Sequence record: OP079919.1
Length of the DNA stretch: 64,000 nt
Direction: 5' to 3' (one strand)
Position numbers and translations under genes: made by a program. This document shows, piece by piece, positions 48,105 to 57,603 of this stretch; the first letter of the stretch is position 1; the number at the start of each line of letters is the position of its first letter. Below the pieces are notes generated by a model, which worked only from the letters and a program-made list of their open reading frames with translations, had not been told where the DNA came from and made no database searches.

Positions 48105-48722
48105 GTGGAAAAAACTATTTTTGACAAGATCGTCGACTGGTCTACTGAACGTAATATCATCACCGCGGGGAAGCCTTCCGGCCAAGTCCTTAAAGTCATG
48201 GAAGAAATGGGGGAGATTGCTGGCGGCGTTGCACGCAACAAACTCGATTTGATCAAAGATGCGGTGGGTGACGTATTGGTCATCATGACTAACGTTGCGA
48301 AGATGTACGGGGTTGAGCCGTCTTCTGTTATTACCTTTGACGAAGAAGAACGAGGAGGGCATTTTGAATGGAGCGCTGGTACGATTGGGTTGATCGCGGA
48401 CATGTACGCCTTTTGGGGGGAAGCTTTTAGCCTTGTAGAAGATTACGACGTCGAGCGTAAATTTACCGACCTAGAAGCCGTCTATTATCCGGTGCTCAAC
48501 ATCCTTTATGAAATCTCCCGCCGTTATAACTTTACGTTGCAAGAAGCTGTCGAAGCGTCTTACGACGAGATTAAAGATCGTAAGGGGGTTTTCTATAATG
48601 ACGTCTTTGTTAAAGAAGCCGACTTCACTCCAGCTTGGGCGGTTGAGACGTTAGCGGATAAAGGTCTGTCGATGTCGGCTCGCGGATATCTCTCCCATTG
48701 GTTGGCGAGACAAGCCGGTTAG
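48105..48722 (+). CDS. MazG-like nucleotide pyrophosphohydrolase
   Basis: Q.LKVMEEMGE...DAVGDV and Y.EIKDRKG...D.FVKE. Confidence 0.85.
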   Translation: MEKTIFDKIVDWSTERNIITAGKPSGQVLKVMEEMGEIAGGVARNKLDLIKDAVGDVLVIMTNVAKMYGVEPSSVITFDEEERGGHFEWSAGTIGLIADMYAFWGEAFSLVEDYDVERKFTDLEAVYYPVLNILYEISRRYNFTLQEAVEASYDEIKDRKGVFYNDVFVKEADFTPAWAVETLADKGLSMSARGYLSHWLARQAG

Positions 48723-48768
48723 TAATCTTTGTGGGTGGGGTTTCCCACCCCCTATTTAGGAGAAAATT

Positions 48769-49044
48769 ATGGCTCAGGCGCCATCCATAGTTTATTATGC
48801 TGCACGCACCACACCGACGGGAATTCTTTTGGTTGGTCAGGATCCTGACACCAAAGAGGTTCGTAAGTTCGATGTACCTAAAGATAAGCTGAACGCCAAA
48901 TTAGGCGAGAAGTTTCGTTTGAGTTTCGGGGAGTTTCTCAGGGAAGATGAACCCGACCCGATTATCTTCAGGGTTCATGATCTGAGTAAACCCAAAAAGA
49001 AACTCAATCCAAATAAGAAACATGCTAAAAGGAAAAGAAAATGA
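48769..49044 (+). CDS. Hypothetical protein with basic tail
   Basis: AGGAG SD. Confidence 0.7.
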   Translation: MAQAPSIVYYAARTTPTGILLVGQDPDTKEVRKFDVPKDKLNAKLGEKFRLSFGEFLREDEPDPIIFRVHDLSKPKKKLNPNKKHAKRKRK

Positions 49045-49250
49045 TCACGGAGATAGTAACTATCGTACTATGTTACTTCGCCGGAGGGTGGTTTTTACAT
49101 TTACTCTGGTGGCGTAATCAGAGAGCTCCAAAAGAAGGCTACGTCAAAACGTTATTCAAAGCCTGGCTTAGTCCTATATGGCATCTGTTTATTCTTATCG
49201 GCCATGCGTTCAAACGGGTAAGTGAATTCTTTTTGGAAATCTTTAAGTAG
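49041..49250 (+). CDS. Small membrane protein
   Basis: ATGA coupling; hydrophobic segments. Confidence 0.65.
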   Translation: MITEIVTIVLCYFAGGWFLHLLWWRNQRAPKEGYVKTLFKAWLSPIWHLFILIGHAFKRVSEFFLEIFK

Positions 49251-49252
49251 TC

Positions 49253-49477
49253 ATGTTAGAATTTAAAATTAAATGTGTCAGAGGAAGACGGATGTATAAA
49301 CTGTTTTCCTTTTTAAGGGAAGTTCTTTACGGGAGAGGAGTGATTTCTTCTACAGTGATTGACTGGGAGTTGGGAGAAATCACTTTGAGTATCTTTGCGC
49401 CGGGAGAAGAAGAAACACTGACAGAAGAAATAAAACAGTATTGCGAACAACACAGCTCATTGACTTTTCTATCCTAG
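49253..49477 (+). CDS. Hypothetical protein
   Basis: ORF in operon. Confidence 0.6.
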   Translation: MLEFKIKCVRGRRMYKLFSFLREVLYGRGVISSTVIDWELGEITLSIFAPGEEETLTEEIKQYCEQHSSLTFLS

Positions 49478-49501
49478 TCTATCTTTTTAGGAATTAACAT
49501 C

Positions 49502-49750
49502 ATGATGAATAGGTTGAGGTTAAGACTAAAGAAAAACCTTTCTAAGACCTATCGACAATCCATTAGGTTTGAATCAGATTACCGTTATAGGGTTATCGAC
49601 CTCGGCAATCATTTTCGTATTGAGAAAAGGATCTCTGGATATTGGATATTTGCGCACTGGATGCGTTTACCGGTTATCTTTAACACCTACGACAGGGCTA
49701 AGAACAAGATCATTATTCTCGGTATTCATCACACGTTTAAACTCGGTTAA
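49502..49750 (+). CDS. Hypothetical protein
   Basis: TTTAGGA...ATCATG start. Confidence 0.7.
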   Translation: MMNRLRLRLKKNLSKTYRQSIRFESDYRYRVIDLGNHFRIEKRISGYWIFAHWMRLPVIFNTYDRAKNKIIILGIHHTFKLG

Positions 49751-49780
49751 TCGATTTATTACTAATTAAGGAAACAAAAA

Positions 49781-50203
49781 ATGTACTTATGGTTATTTCG
49801 CATTTTAATGGTGATCGCTGTTGCACTCAATCTTTACGGGACGTCGGTTGGTAGCGAACAAATCGTTTCGTTCGCTGACTGGCTATTTTTACTCTTCACG
49901 TCATTCACGATAGGTTGTTTTATCGCTTTGTGTTTAGTTTACGCCACCCTGTTCGCATCGGGCCAAAAGGTCAAAGATATGGCTAAGAATATCTTAGCTA
50001 AAAATGAAGAACGTAAGAAAAAATCATGGTACGGTCTCAGGGTATGTGTCGGTCGTATCTGGCTATTTGGTTTCATGGCGTTTATGGCTTACTCAGGTTC
50101 ACCTATTTTGGCTACGCTCAGCATCGTCTTCGTATTGATGTCATATGGGCTAAGTTCTTTGATCACGACAAAGGCAAAAGACGTTGTCGCTAAGGAGATT
50201 TAA
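49781..50203 (+). CDS. Four-TM membrane protein
   Basis: Hydrophobic helices. Confidence 0.75.
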   Translation: MYLWLFRILMVIAVALNLYGTSVGSEQIVSFADWLFLLFTSFTIGCFIALCLVYATLFASGQKVKDMAKNILAKNEERKKKSWYGLRVCVGRIWLFGFMAFMAYSGSPILATLSIVFVLMSYGLSSLITTKAKDVVAKEI

Positions 50204-50451
50204 TGGAGAATATCTCTTTCGGCGATTACCGAAGATCATTAGGGCTAACCAGGACCAATCCTAAGACCGATAAAGAATTCGCCGTTCCGGATCACGCAGA
50301 GCGTGTTTATGAGATACCCACGGAGATTGATGTTATCGAGGGCGGGGTAAAGCTTGAGTACATTAGCGGAAAGGGTCACGTGTACGCGACATATTGCTGG
50401 ATCGGCGATATGGGTTGGTGGCGCTGGGAAAGCAGAAATAAACCAAATTAA
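50203..50451 (+). CDS. Hypothetical protein
   Basis: AAGGAG SD; coupled start. Confidence 0.7.
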   Translation: MENISFGDYRRSLGLTRTNPKTDKEFAVPDHAERVYEIPTEIDVIEGGVKLEYISGKGHVYATYCWIGDMGWWRWESRNKPN

Positions 50452-50465
50452 CTTTAGGGAATATC

Positions 50466-50918
50466 ATGGCTAACGAATTCAACATTAACGGTAAAAGTAT
50501 CAATGTGCCTTCAGGCGCGTCCATCAGTTTCTCCAATGGCGAACTGTTAATTAACGGCAAACCTCCTTCAGAGATTGAGCCTGGTCAGAACATCACAGTT
50601 AATATCATTGTGCAGGGTTCTGCTACGAAAATCGATATCGGATCAGGGACCGTTACTGTCAATGGATCGGCCGGGGAAATAAAAACAGCATCCGGCGATG
50701 TTAACGTGCAAGGTAATTGTGAAGGTCAGATAACCACCGCATCGGGTGATGTGGATGTTGGCCAAGAAGCAAGAAACGGAATAAAAACTGCTTCTGGTAA
50801 CGTGACGGCAAAGACTATAAAGGGGAACGTTGAAACTTCTTCCGGAGATATTCAAGCTGATCAGATCGTCGGTAATGTTAAAACGACTTTCGGTACGATA
50901 AAACCCCCTCATGGATAA
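50466..50918 (+). CDS. DUF4097/putative-adhesin-type beta-repeat protein
   Basis: Repeats TASGDV, TASGDV, TASGNV, TSSGDI, TTFGTI. Confidence 0.75.
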   Translation: MANEFNINGKSINVPSGASISFSNGELLINGKPPSEIEPGQNITVNIIVQGSATKIDIGSGTVTVNGSAGEIKTASGDVNVQGNCEGQITTASGDVDVGQEARNGIKTASGNVTAKTIKGNVETSSGDIQADQIVGNVKTTFGTIKPPHG

Positions 50919-50923
50919 ACAAT

Positions 50924-50959
50924 ATATACTCCTACGGCTTAATCGCCGTAGGAGTATAT
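50924..50959. terminator. TACTCC-family hairpin
   Basis: 15-bp stem, TTAATC loop. Confidence 0.8.
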
Positions 50960-51011
50960 TTAAACGGTTATTTTTAGTTATTGAACTTCTCTTCCCTTTT
51001 AAGGATTATCT

Positions 51012-51875
51012 ATGAATTTTCAATCTTTGAAGAAACTCGTCGGCCCGATTGAGTTATCTTGCATATCCTTCTGTTTGTTATTTATGATATTTAATCTACC
51101 GGCGGCTCAGGAGTCGTGGTTAGTCTCCGCAGTATGTTATTTGGCTTTATTGTTCTCTGCCAGTTGGTTATTCAAAGCGGCAGGTTGTGTTCTGTGTTAT
51201 AAAACGGAAGGCGGGTATGATGACGAACACGATCTGGAACATGCAGAGAACGTATTGCGCAGTGAGCTTAGCTCTAAGGAATGGTCTATATTAACCGCGT
51301 GGCGAGTTCTAGTCGGGTTAGTTGTTCTGCTGGGACTGGGAACGTGGTACGGGGTGGGTTATTTCACTATGCTCTTTGCATCGCTGGGATTGGGTTTGCT
51401 TGTCAAAACCTATTACGAAGATTGGAAGAAAAACAACCAACCGGCATTAGAGAATGCCCGTAAAGAATTCATCTTAGCCATTCAAGATGAAGGAGCTATT
51501 CTCAGCGGGGCTGTTTTTATTAAAGGTCGGGGATCCTTCATTCTTAAGAAAGGATATAACGCGGCCGAATTCGACGCCATGCTAGATTGGTTAGATTTTG
51601 ATTACGACCAAGAAGCATTAGAAGATGGATTCATGATGATCCAGGGCTTCTTCGAACTCCAAGGCAACTATCAAATTCAGCGTTATTGGGATGGGGAAGT
51701 TGGAGAATGCTGGGTGGTATTTAAGTACCATGATTTAAGTACCATAACCGATCCGTTAACTTTATCGGCTGCGTTATTAACCGATAATGAATTCGTAGAA
51801 GAATTCGAGGATTACCTCAAGAAACATCCAGAAGAGATAGGATTAGAAAATGAAACCGATCGAACCGGGTTGTAA
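51012..51875 (+). CDS. Membrane protein fused to a soluble phage domain
   Basis: Four N-terminal TMs; C-terminal L.KGY...F...LDFDYD motif. Confidence 0.7.
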   Translation: MNFQSLKKLVGPIELSCISFCLLFMIFNLPAAQESWLVSAVCYLALLFSASWLFKAAGCVLCYKTEGGYDDEHDLEHAENVLRSELSSKEWSILTAWRVLVGLVVLLGLGTWYGVGYFTMLFASLGLGLLVKTYYEDWKKNNQPALENARKEFILAIQDEGAILSGAVFIKGRGSFILKKGYNAAEFDAMLDWLDFDYDQEALEDGFMMIQGFFELQGNYQIQRYWDGEVGECWVVFKYHDLSTITDPLTLSAALLTDNEFVEEFEDYLKKHPEEIGLENETDRTGL

Positions 51876-52290
51876 ATGTGTTATTGTGGCCGACAAATAT
51901 ACTCCTGAAAATGTCGGTAAGGTCGTTACGGTCATACATCGTTACGGTCAGGGAAGTTTCTTCTTATTTAAATACCCCGACGGAATTACCGCGGGCGGAT
52001 CGATCGACTCTCCCGCTTGGAGTGTTGTCGAGCAAATTGATATGAGACTCATACCGCACGGGTCCTCGCCTCTGGTGGTACGTCGCATCGTCGATCTTTG
52101 TGGATCCAATGGGAAAATAAATGGGTTGGTAGGGGAACACAGGCTTATGCGTATAGACGGAGGTGACTTCGACGATAATCCTTATCGGGAGAAGAAACCT
52201 GTCTCGGAAGTACTGGATTCTTTACAAGCTCATTGGATCAATTCACCAGAAGTATGGGATGAACATCAAAGGAGAGCTCAACATGGATGA
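51850..52290 (+). CDS. Conserved phage hypothetical protein
   Basis: IEPGC.C.I...N.GKVV.V...W.V...LMRID. Confidence 0.7.
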   Translation: MKPIEPGCKCVIVADKYTPENVGKVVTVIHRYGQGSFFLFKYPDGITAGGSIDSPAWSVVEQIDMRLIPHGSSPLVVRRIVDLCGSNGKINGLVGEHRLMRIDGGDFDDNPYREKKPVSEVLDSLQAHWINSPEVWDEHQRRAQHG

Positions 52291-52549
52291 TCTGATGAAT
52301 TATCTTTGGGTCTTCCTAGCAATGCTGGGGGCGAAGATTATTTTTGCTATTTACAAAGATAGCAAAGAAATGGGATATAATCCCATTCCCAAAGTAGAAT
52401 GGCGCGGAGGGGCGTTCCCAGCAGGCCCGGTAGTTTATTTTCTTTTCGGGTGCGCGATAGGGAATTACCAAAACATTTATTTATGTTTGGCCGCTCTAGC
52501 GTTAATTATAGTCATTCTCAAATGCGATTTCTTTGTAAGGGAAGAGTAA
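52283..52549 (+). CDS. Small membrane protein
   Basis: Start moved to the ATG after AGGAG; three hydrophobic segments. Confidence 0.65.
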   Translation: MDDLMNYLWVFLAMLGAKIIFAIYKDSKEMGYNPIPKVEWRGGAFPAGPVVYFLFGCAIGNYQNIYLCLAALALIIVILKCDFFVREE

Positions 52550-52619
52550 TCTGAATAGACCTAGTAATAACTGGGTCTATATTACTCCTATACCACACTA
52601 AGATTTAGGAATTAAAATC

Positions 52620-53207
52620 ATGATGAATCAATTAAAGGATTGGATCGATTACTCTTCTTACTGGAATACGTATAACCGCGTTCTTCTTCGTAAAGGAGGG
52701 ATGTACACCGAACAGATCGAACTGGAGCTCACCCCAATTAACGACGAGTGGGACGAAGTTAAACTCTGTAAAATCCGTAAGCATCGTACGAGCATGGGAC
52801 CGGGGGATAAAATTAGTCATCATCTCCATCCTGACATCTTTGCATTGATGGAAGAGAAGCTAGGATATCATTTAGCTCATTTCATCTTTCACTACGATAT
52901 CTACACTAAGCTAACCAATTACGATGCAAGAAGATACTGGTACTTGCTAGATCGTTATGTCTTTAATGGCGGCGGCGGAATACCGCTGGTGTTGATAGAT
53001 CCAAACTTTGATTTGCTGAGAGAGGATTGGGCTAAAGGGACTTCCTCGGCTTACGCCGACGCTAAACAACGCATTATGGATAGATTGAACATAGGGTTGG
53101 ACCAGGTAAACAATCTGAGTTTTTTCGGGGATTTAAGACGCTTGGACATTCACGATCACACACCATTTAGAGTGGGCGTGGCAACTTGGGTGGGGGATAA
53201 ACGATGA
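52620..53207 (+). CDS. Hypothetical protein
   Basis: TTTAGGA...ATCATG start. Confidence 0.75.
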   Translation: MMNQLKDWIDYSSYWNTYNRVLLRKGGMYTEQIELELTPINDEWDEVKLCKIRKHRTSMGPGDKISHHLHPDIFALMEEKLGYHLAHFIFHYDIYTKLTNYDARRYWYLLDRYVFNGGGGIPLVLIDPNFDLLREDWAKGTSSAYADAKQRIMDRLNIGLDQVNNLSFFGDLRRLDIHDHTPFRVGVATWVGDKR

Positions 53208-53623
53208 AACTCATTCATGGTAGAACTAGGTCGGTTATCCTCATAGGGAAATACGCCATAAAGCTCCCCTATTTGAAATCCTGGCCGTATTTCGTTAGGG
53301 GGCTATTGGATAACATGTTCGAGAAAAGCTATAACCGATTCCCTAGTGAGTCATTAGCCCCTTTATTATTTTCTCTTCCTGGGGGTTTCTTAAACGTATA
53401 CCCGCGTTGTAGTGTAATAACTGATCCCAAAGACCCGCAACTCTGGAAACTATTCAAAAATCTTTACGAAGAGGATAACGAGTACATTTTAAATATCATA
53501 GAAGTCGCCGAGCCTTCCAACTTCGGTTATTATCAAGGTCGAATAGTAGCGATTGACTATGGTCATGGTCAACAGTACTTTTTGAACAAACGTATCGTCG
53601 AAGATGAATTGGAGTTATTTTGA
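53204..53623 (+). CDS. Minimal protein-kinase-like protein
   Basis: YAIKLP, AEPSNFG and IDYG in kinase order. Confidence 0.45.
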   Translation: MKLIHGRTRSVILIGKYAIKLPYLKSWPYFVRGLLDNMFEKSYNRFPSESLAPLLFSLPGGFLNVYPRCSVITDPKDPQLWKLFKNLYEEDNEYILNIIEVAEPSNFGYYQGRIVAIDYGHGQQYFLNKRIVEDELELF

Positions 53624-53673
53624 ATCTTTATTTAGTCAAGCATGGTTTGGGCGGCTAAACCATAAGGAACGGT

Positions 53674-53919
53674 ATGAGAGATAATTTGGTAATATTGGGT
53701 AAGGGGTTCTATTTAGTAAGAACCCAGGCCGGTTTCAGAAAAGCGATTAAACATAGATTCTCTAATTCTCCGGATATCGCTGAAGAACGACCGTCCAATT
53801 ATCCACGTTCGTACCCGGCCATTGTGTCCATATCGACAGAATACAGGGGGTATTGGTATCCTAGTGTAAACTGGATCCCTTTAAACGACTTACTTGGTCA
53901 GATAAAGGAAAGTGAATGA
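53674..53919 (+). CDS. Hypothetical protein
   Basis: AAGGA SD. Confidence 0.65.
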   Translation: MRDNLVILGKGFYLVRTQAGFRKAIKHRFSNSPDIAEERPSNYPRSYPAIVSISTEYRGYWYPSVNWIPLNDLLGQIKESE

Positions 53920-54185
53920 AATCGGAAATCATCGTTACCAGAACGTTCGCTCAGTTAAAAGAACTTCGGATAATGATCAGCCGTAAATTGGTTAAGTCGG
54001 CTTCTTTGGTTGAAACCACAGAGGGGTGGTCGGTAGAGTTCAAAACTGAATACGGAGATAGAGTATTCTCTTCGTCAAAGAATGCGTACTATCCAAAGAC
54101 CTTTAAAGGTTTTGCAGCACCCATCAAAATGTTGAGAAAGATGGGATTTGACGAAGTAAAGATGGTATTTCTAAAGGCCAAATGA
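53916..54185 (+). CDS. Hypothetical protein
   Basis: ATGA coupling. Confidence 0.65.
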   Translation: MKSEIIVTRTFAQLKELRIMISRKLVKSASLVETTEGWSVEFKTEYGDRVFSSSKNAYYPKTFKGFAAPIKMLRKMGFDEVKMVFLKAK

Positions 54186-54206
54186 TATTAATTTAGGGGA
54201 AATCAA

Positions 54207-54518
54207 ATGAAATTATTTCTGGTCCGTTCGCCCGATAATGCGGGGGAATATGAAAGATGGCGAGAGCTGGTTGTTGTTGCTAGAGATGAAAAGGAAGCAA
54301 AAGACATAACGTTCCCGCATCCCGATTTCGTTTCTGGGACTTCAGTATTTGGACAGGTTCCTACCGGTGATAACCATGGTTCGCTATCAGGGCTTCCTTA
54401 TGGAGAAAAAGGCCGTGGGTATTGGTACCCTAACCGTGATAACCTCCAGGTTATCTGTTTGGGGGAAACGTCTCTTACAGAACCTGGAGCTATATCAGGG
54501 TTTTTCTACCACGCGTAA
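54207..54518 (+). CDS. Hypothetical protein, paralog of 61445
   Basis: MKLFLV...VVVA.D...A...HP. Confidence 0.7.
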   Translation: MKLFLVRSPDNAGEYERWRELVVVARDEKEAKDITFPHPDFVSGTSVFGQVPTGDNHGSLSGLPYGEKGRGYWYPNRDNLQVICLGETSLTEPGAISGFFYHA

Positions 54519-54541
54519 TAAACATCTTTAGGGGAAATATC

Positions 54542-54763
54542 GTGAGACCAATACTTTTAGTCGAAAGAGATCTTACGCCAATCAAAAATGCGGGGGTTGA
54601 GATCGTCATGCCCAAGTTTAGAGTGGTTGGGATTGAGGAGTTAGGCGTCGTCCGATTGGATTCTCCTCAGGGGAAGAAAACGGATATGGATGAGATGTTT
54701 ATCCCGGTCTCTCTAGACATAAATGGGATTTGTGCTTCTTTTGTGATGGCTTTGGGAAATTGA
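54542..54763 (+). CDS. Hypothetical protein, tandem family member 1
   Basis: LVERDLTP. Confidence 0.65.
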   Translation: MRPILLVERDLTPIKNAGVEIVMPKFRVVGIEELGVVRLDSPQGKKTDMDEMFIPVSLDINGICASFVMALGN

Positions 54764-54799
54764 TACAACATGTCTGATGCCGTGATTTGAGGTGGTCTC

Positions 54800-55132
54800 A
54801 TGAAAATAATGGTTTTAGTTGAAAAAGATCTTACCCCGAATGAAATTATGGAATCCAATATTCCGGGACTAAGATTTGAGATAGTAGGGCCAAATCGATT
54901 AGGCGACAGTCTATTTGATTTCCCCCAGAGAAAAGCTCTGGGTGGGGATAAGGATGTCGTTTTGGTATCTCAGGAAATACCCGAGATTATAACAACCAGA
55001 CTTTTCTTTATTGAATGTGGTGAATTTGCTAAGATAATAGGACGCACCCCATTTCGCCTAATAGAGGCGAAAATAAAGAAATACATCGTCGATAACTTAC
55101 ATCGCGCCATTTTAATTACCGAGGGTCAATGA
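54800..55132 (+). CDS. Hypothetical protein, tandem family member 2
   Basis: LVEKDLTP, LVSQE, ECG. Confidence 0.7.
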   Translation: MKIMVLVEKDLTPNEIMESNIPGLRFEIVGPNRLGDSLFDFPQRKALGGDKDVVLVSQEIPEIITTRLFFIECGEFAKIIGRTPFRLIEAKIKKYIVDNLHRAILITEGQ

Positions 55133-55133
55133 A

Positions 55134-55460
55134 ATGAAAGTAACGATTCAAGTACTCGAAGACAGAGAAGTCGATATCATCGAGGCTCTAGAAAAGTGTT
55201 TGTTCATCCCCCATTTCTATTTCGTACATCGGGGGCGCGATAAACGAGAATTCTTAGGGGAGGACGACGATTCCATTTTGATCATCTCACAGGAGTTGGT
55301 TGATTGTTGTCCTGAACTGGTCGTATTGGAATGCGGGGATTTGGAAAAACTGTGTTTCTCCCAACGACGCGCCAAAACCGAAAAAGAGGTTATTATCGAA
55401 TACCTCAAAGCCAATCGAGAAAAGATTATCAAAGTCACTGACTTGCCGGGGTACTATTAA
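55134..55460 (+). CDS. Hypothetical protein, tandem family member 3
   Basis: IISQE, LECG, I.EYL. Confidence 0.7.
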   Translation: MKVTIQVLEDREVDIIEALEKCLFIPHFYFVHRGRDKREFLGEDDDSILIISQELVDCCPELVVLECGDLEKLCFSQRRAKTEKEVIIEYLKANREKIIKVTDLPGYY

Positions 55461-55993
55461 TGACCGCTCGTTATTTTGCCGGTGATTTCCATTTAGGAGA
55501 CCCCTCTATTATCAAATACCGTAAGCAGTTTAAAACGGTAAAGGAGCACGATGAATTTATCGCTGATACGATTTTGGTTAAACCTCGTGATCACGACATA
55601 CTAACGATCGTGGGTGACGGATTCATTAAACCAGAATCGTTGTTCATTCTGAAGAAGTTCCCGTATAAGAAACATCTTATCCCAGGGAATCACTGTATGG
55701 AGAAAGGCGTTAAAGTTACTGATCTCGCTGCTTTCTTCGACGTTGTTACCGGATCGTTTAAATGGAAGAGTGGGTTCTTCGTATCCCATGAACCTCAACA
55801 TCCTGATCATCTCCGAGGTCGCATCAATATTCATGCTCATTTGCATGATAAAGTGATTGAAGACGAACGTTATATCGGGGTGTCGTTAGAACAAACCGGT
55901 TATCGTTTAATCCATCACGATGAGATCTTATCTGGTTCTTATCGTACTTATCGAGCGCCAAGATTAGAAGATCATCTTCACGTAGGAAAATAA
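55460..55993 (+). CDS. Calcineurin-like metallophosphoesterase
   Basis: GDFHLG, VGD, PGNH, SHEP, NIHAHLH. Confidence 0.9.
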   Translation: MTARYFAGDFHLGDPSIIKYRKQFKTVKEHDEFIADTILVKPRDHDILTIVGDGFIKPESLFILKKFPYKKHLIPGNHCMEKGVKVTDLAAFFDVVTGSFKWKSGFFVSHEPQHPDHLRGRINIHAHLHDKVIEDERYIGVSLEQTGYRLIHHDEILSGSYRTYRAPRLEDHLHVGK

Positions 55994-55995
55994 TT

Positions 55996-56256
55996 ATGGA
56001 TCTAGATAACGATATTGTTAGTAAAGAGCATCCCAAACCGATGAGTATAAGCACAGTGTATGGTGATGAGAAAGAAATAGCCTCTCGTGTGTGCGTCATC
56101 GACGCCTGCGTTAATTTCAGCAGGGCTATTGAAGAAGCATGGTTGAAATTACAAAAACCAGAAAAGGTAACAAAAGTCGATTTGAGCTTCGTTATGGAAG
56201 ATGGAAATACATGTGACATAACCGTGGTTAAAAAGATAGAAGATGAAGTATTGTAA
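55996..56256 (+). CDS. Hypothetical protein
   Basis: ORF in operon. Confidence 0.65.
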   Translation: MDLDNDIVSKEHPKPMSISTVYGDEKEIASRVCVIDACVNFSRAIEEAWLKLQKPEKVTKVDLSFVMEDGNTCDITVVKKIEDEVL

Positions 56257-56332
56257 ATCTTTACGAAGCTAAGCGAGATAAAGAACTTAAGGCAACGTTG
56301 AAGAAAATTGTTCCCATTAGTAAGGTGTAAAG

Positions 56333-56677
56333 ATGAATCCATTTAACATTTATTTTTCTGCTTCTCCCCTGGGGTCCGCTATAGGGTTAGCGATCTTGCT
56401 AGTCCTTGGGTGGTTTTTTATTTACCGCAGCCCTACGGTGATTAACCAAGTTATCGGTAAACAGAAACGCGTCTACGTTGTTTTGTTCGTCCTGGTATTT
56501 TTTATCGGGAGTTGTTTTAATATAGGTACTCGGCAAGCTGAGCTTAATCGTTCTCAGTTCGACACCCAGATGAACACTGAGATCATCAAGAAATCACCTA
56601 CCTCCACGGAAGTCTTCGATGCCCGTGGTAACTTTAATCAAGCGTTAGATAAAGCAAAAAAGGAAAATGAACAATGA
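56333..56677 (+). CDS. Two-TM membrane protein coupled to the SPFH gene
   Basis: Two TMs; ATGA overlap with 56674. Confidence 0.75.
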   Translation: MNPFNIYFSASPLGSAIGLAILLVLGWFFIYRSPTVINQVIGKQKRVYVVLFVLVFFIGSCFNIGTRQAELNRSQFDTQMNTEIIKKSPTSTEVFDARGNFNQALDKAKKENEQ

Positions 56678-57540
56678 AGAAACTTTTCTCAATTGTGGGA
56701 TTAGTGATGATTGCAACTTTACTCTCTGGATGCGGTCAGATTGTAGAACCTGGTTTTAAAGCCAAGTTCCTTTCTTCCAGCGGTTACAGTAACGAGATCA
56801 AGGAGCCGGGTAAATATCAAGTTTGGTGGGGCGAGAAGTTGATTAAACTTGATACCTCGACCAAAGCGATATCCATTCCTCTCACTGTTAAGATGGCGGA
56901 TGAAATGGATTTATCCTTTAGCGTTAACTTCCGTACCCGAGTCGGGGGTAACGATAAAGTCCTGAACGCCATGTTTAACGACATTCGACCTCAGGATACC
57001 GATAAGGGTCTGATCATCTCCTTAGATCAGGTATTCTCGGTTTACGGTAATGACGTAGTGAGTAACGTTGCTCGTTCCGTAGTGGGGAAATACAAAGTCA
57101 GTGAGGTCTCTAAAAACTACGACACGATCAACGAGCAACTTCAGGCTAAGTTAATCGAAGCGATGAAGAACAACCCGCTGGAAGTGTCCAACGTGACCGT
57201 CGCTAACATTACCTGGCCTAAAGTCATTACTGACGCCATCGAAAAGCAACAAGAACGTGAACTGGCAATCAAGACAGAAGAAAACCAGCAAGCGATAGAA
57301 ATGGTTAAACGCACTAACCAGCTCAAACTCGCCGAAGCTGACCGAGAGATCGAACTCACTCGAGCGAGAACCCTGCGAGATCAGAATGCCATTACCGCCG
57401 ATGGCTTAAGCGATAAACTCATCGCTTATAAAGCGTTAGAGGTTCAACAATCCATGACAGATAACAAGTCGGCGGTGTTTGTCCCTTATGAAGCGTTCAA
57501 TGCACCCGGATTGTCCAACCGCATCTTTAGTGCCAAATAA
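56674..57540 (+). CDS. SPFH/Band 7 domain lipoprotein
   Basis: Lipobox LLSGC; V.PG...EPG.Y; V.R.VVG; I..P..I..AIE..Q coiled coil. Confidence 0.85.
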   Translation: MKKLFSIVGLVMIATLLSGCGQIVEPGFKAKFLSSSGYSNEIKEPGKYQVWWGEKLIKLDTSTKAISIPLTVKMADEMDLSFSVNFRTRVGGNDKVLNAMFNDIRPQDTDKGLIISLDQVFSVYGNDVVSNVARSVVGKYKVSEVSKNYDTINEQLQAKLIEAMKNNPLEVSNVTVANITWPKVITDAIEKQQERELAIKTEENQQAIEMVKRTNQLKLAEADREIELTRARTLRDQNAITADGLSDKLIAYKALEVQQSMTDNKSAVFVPYEAFNAPGLSNRIFSAK

Positions 57541-57549
57541 TTAACAATT

Positions 57550-57577
57550 AATCTGGTTGGGCTCATCCAACCAGATT
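57550..57577 (+). terminator. Hairpin after the SPFH gene
   Basis: AATCTGGTTGG/CCAACCAGATT. Confidence 0.7.
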
Positions 57578-57603
57578 ACCTTTACTTTAGGAAAAAAAAT
57601 ATC

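Noticed and set aside
55824-56342. 172-aa antisense ORF
   Set aside because: Spans three plus-strand genes; no supporting signals
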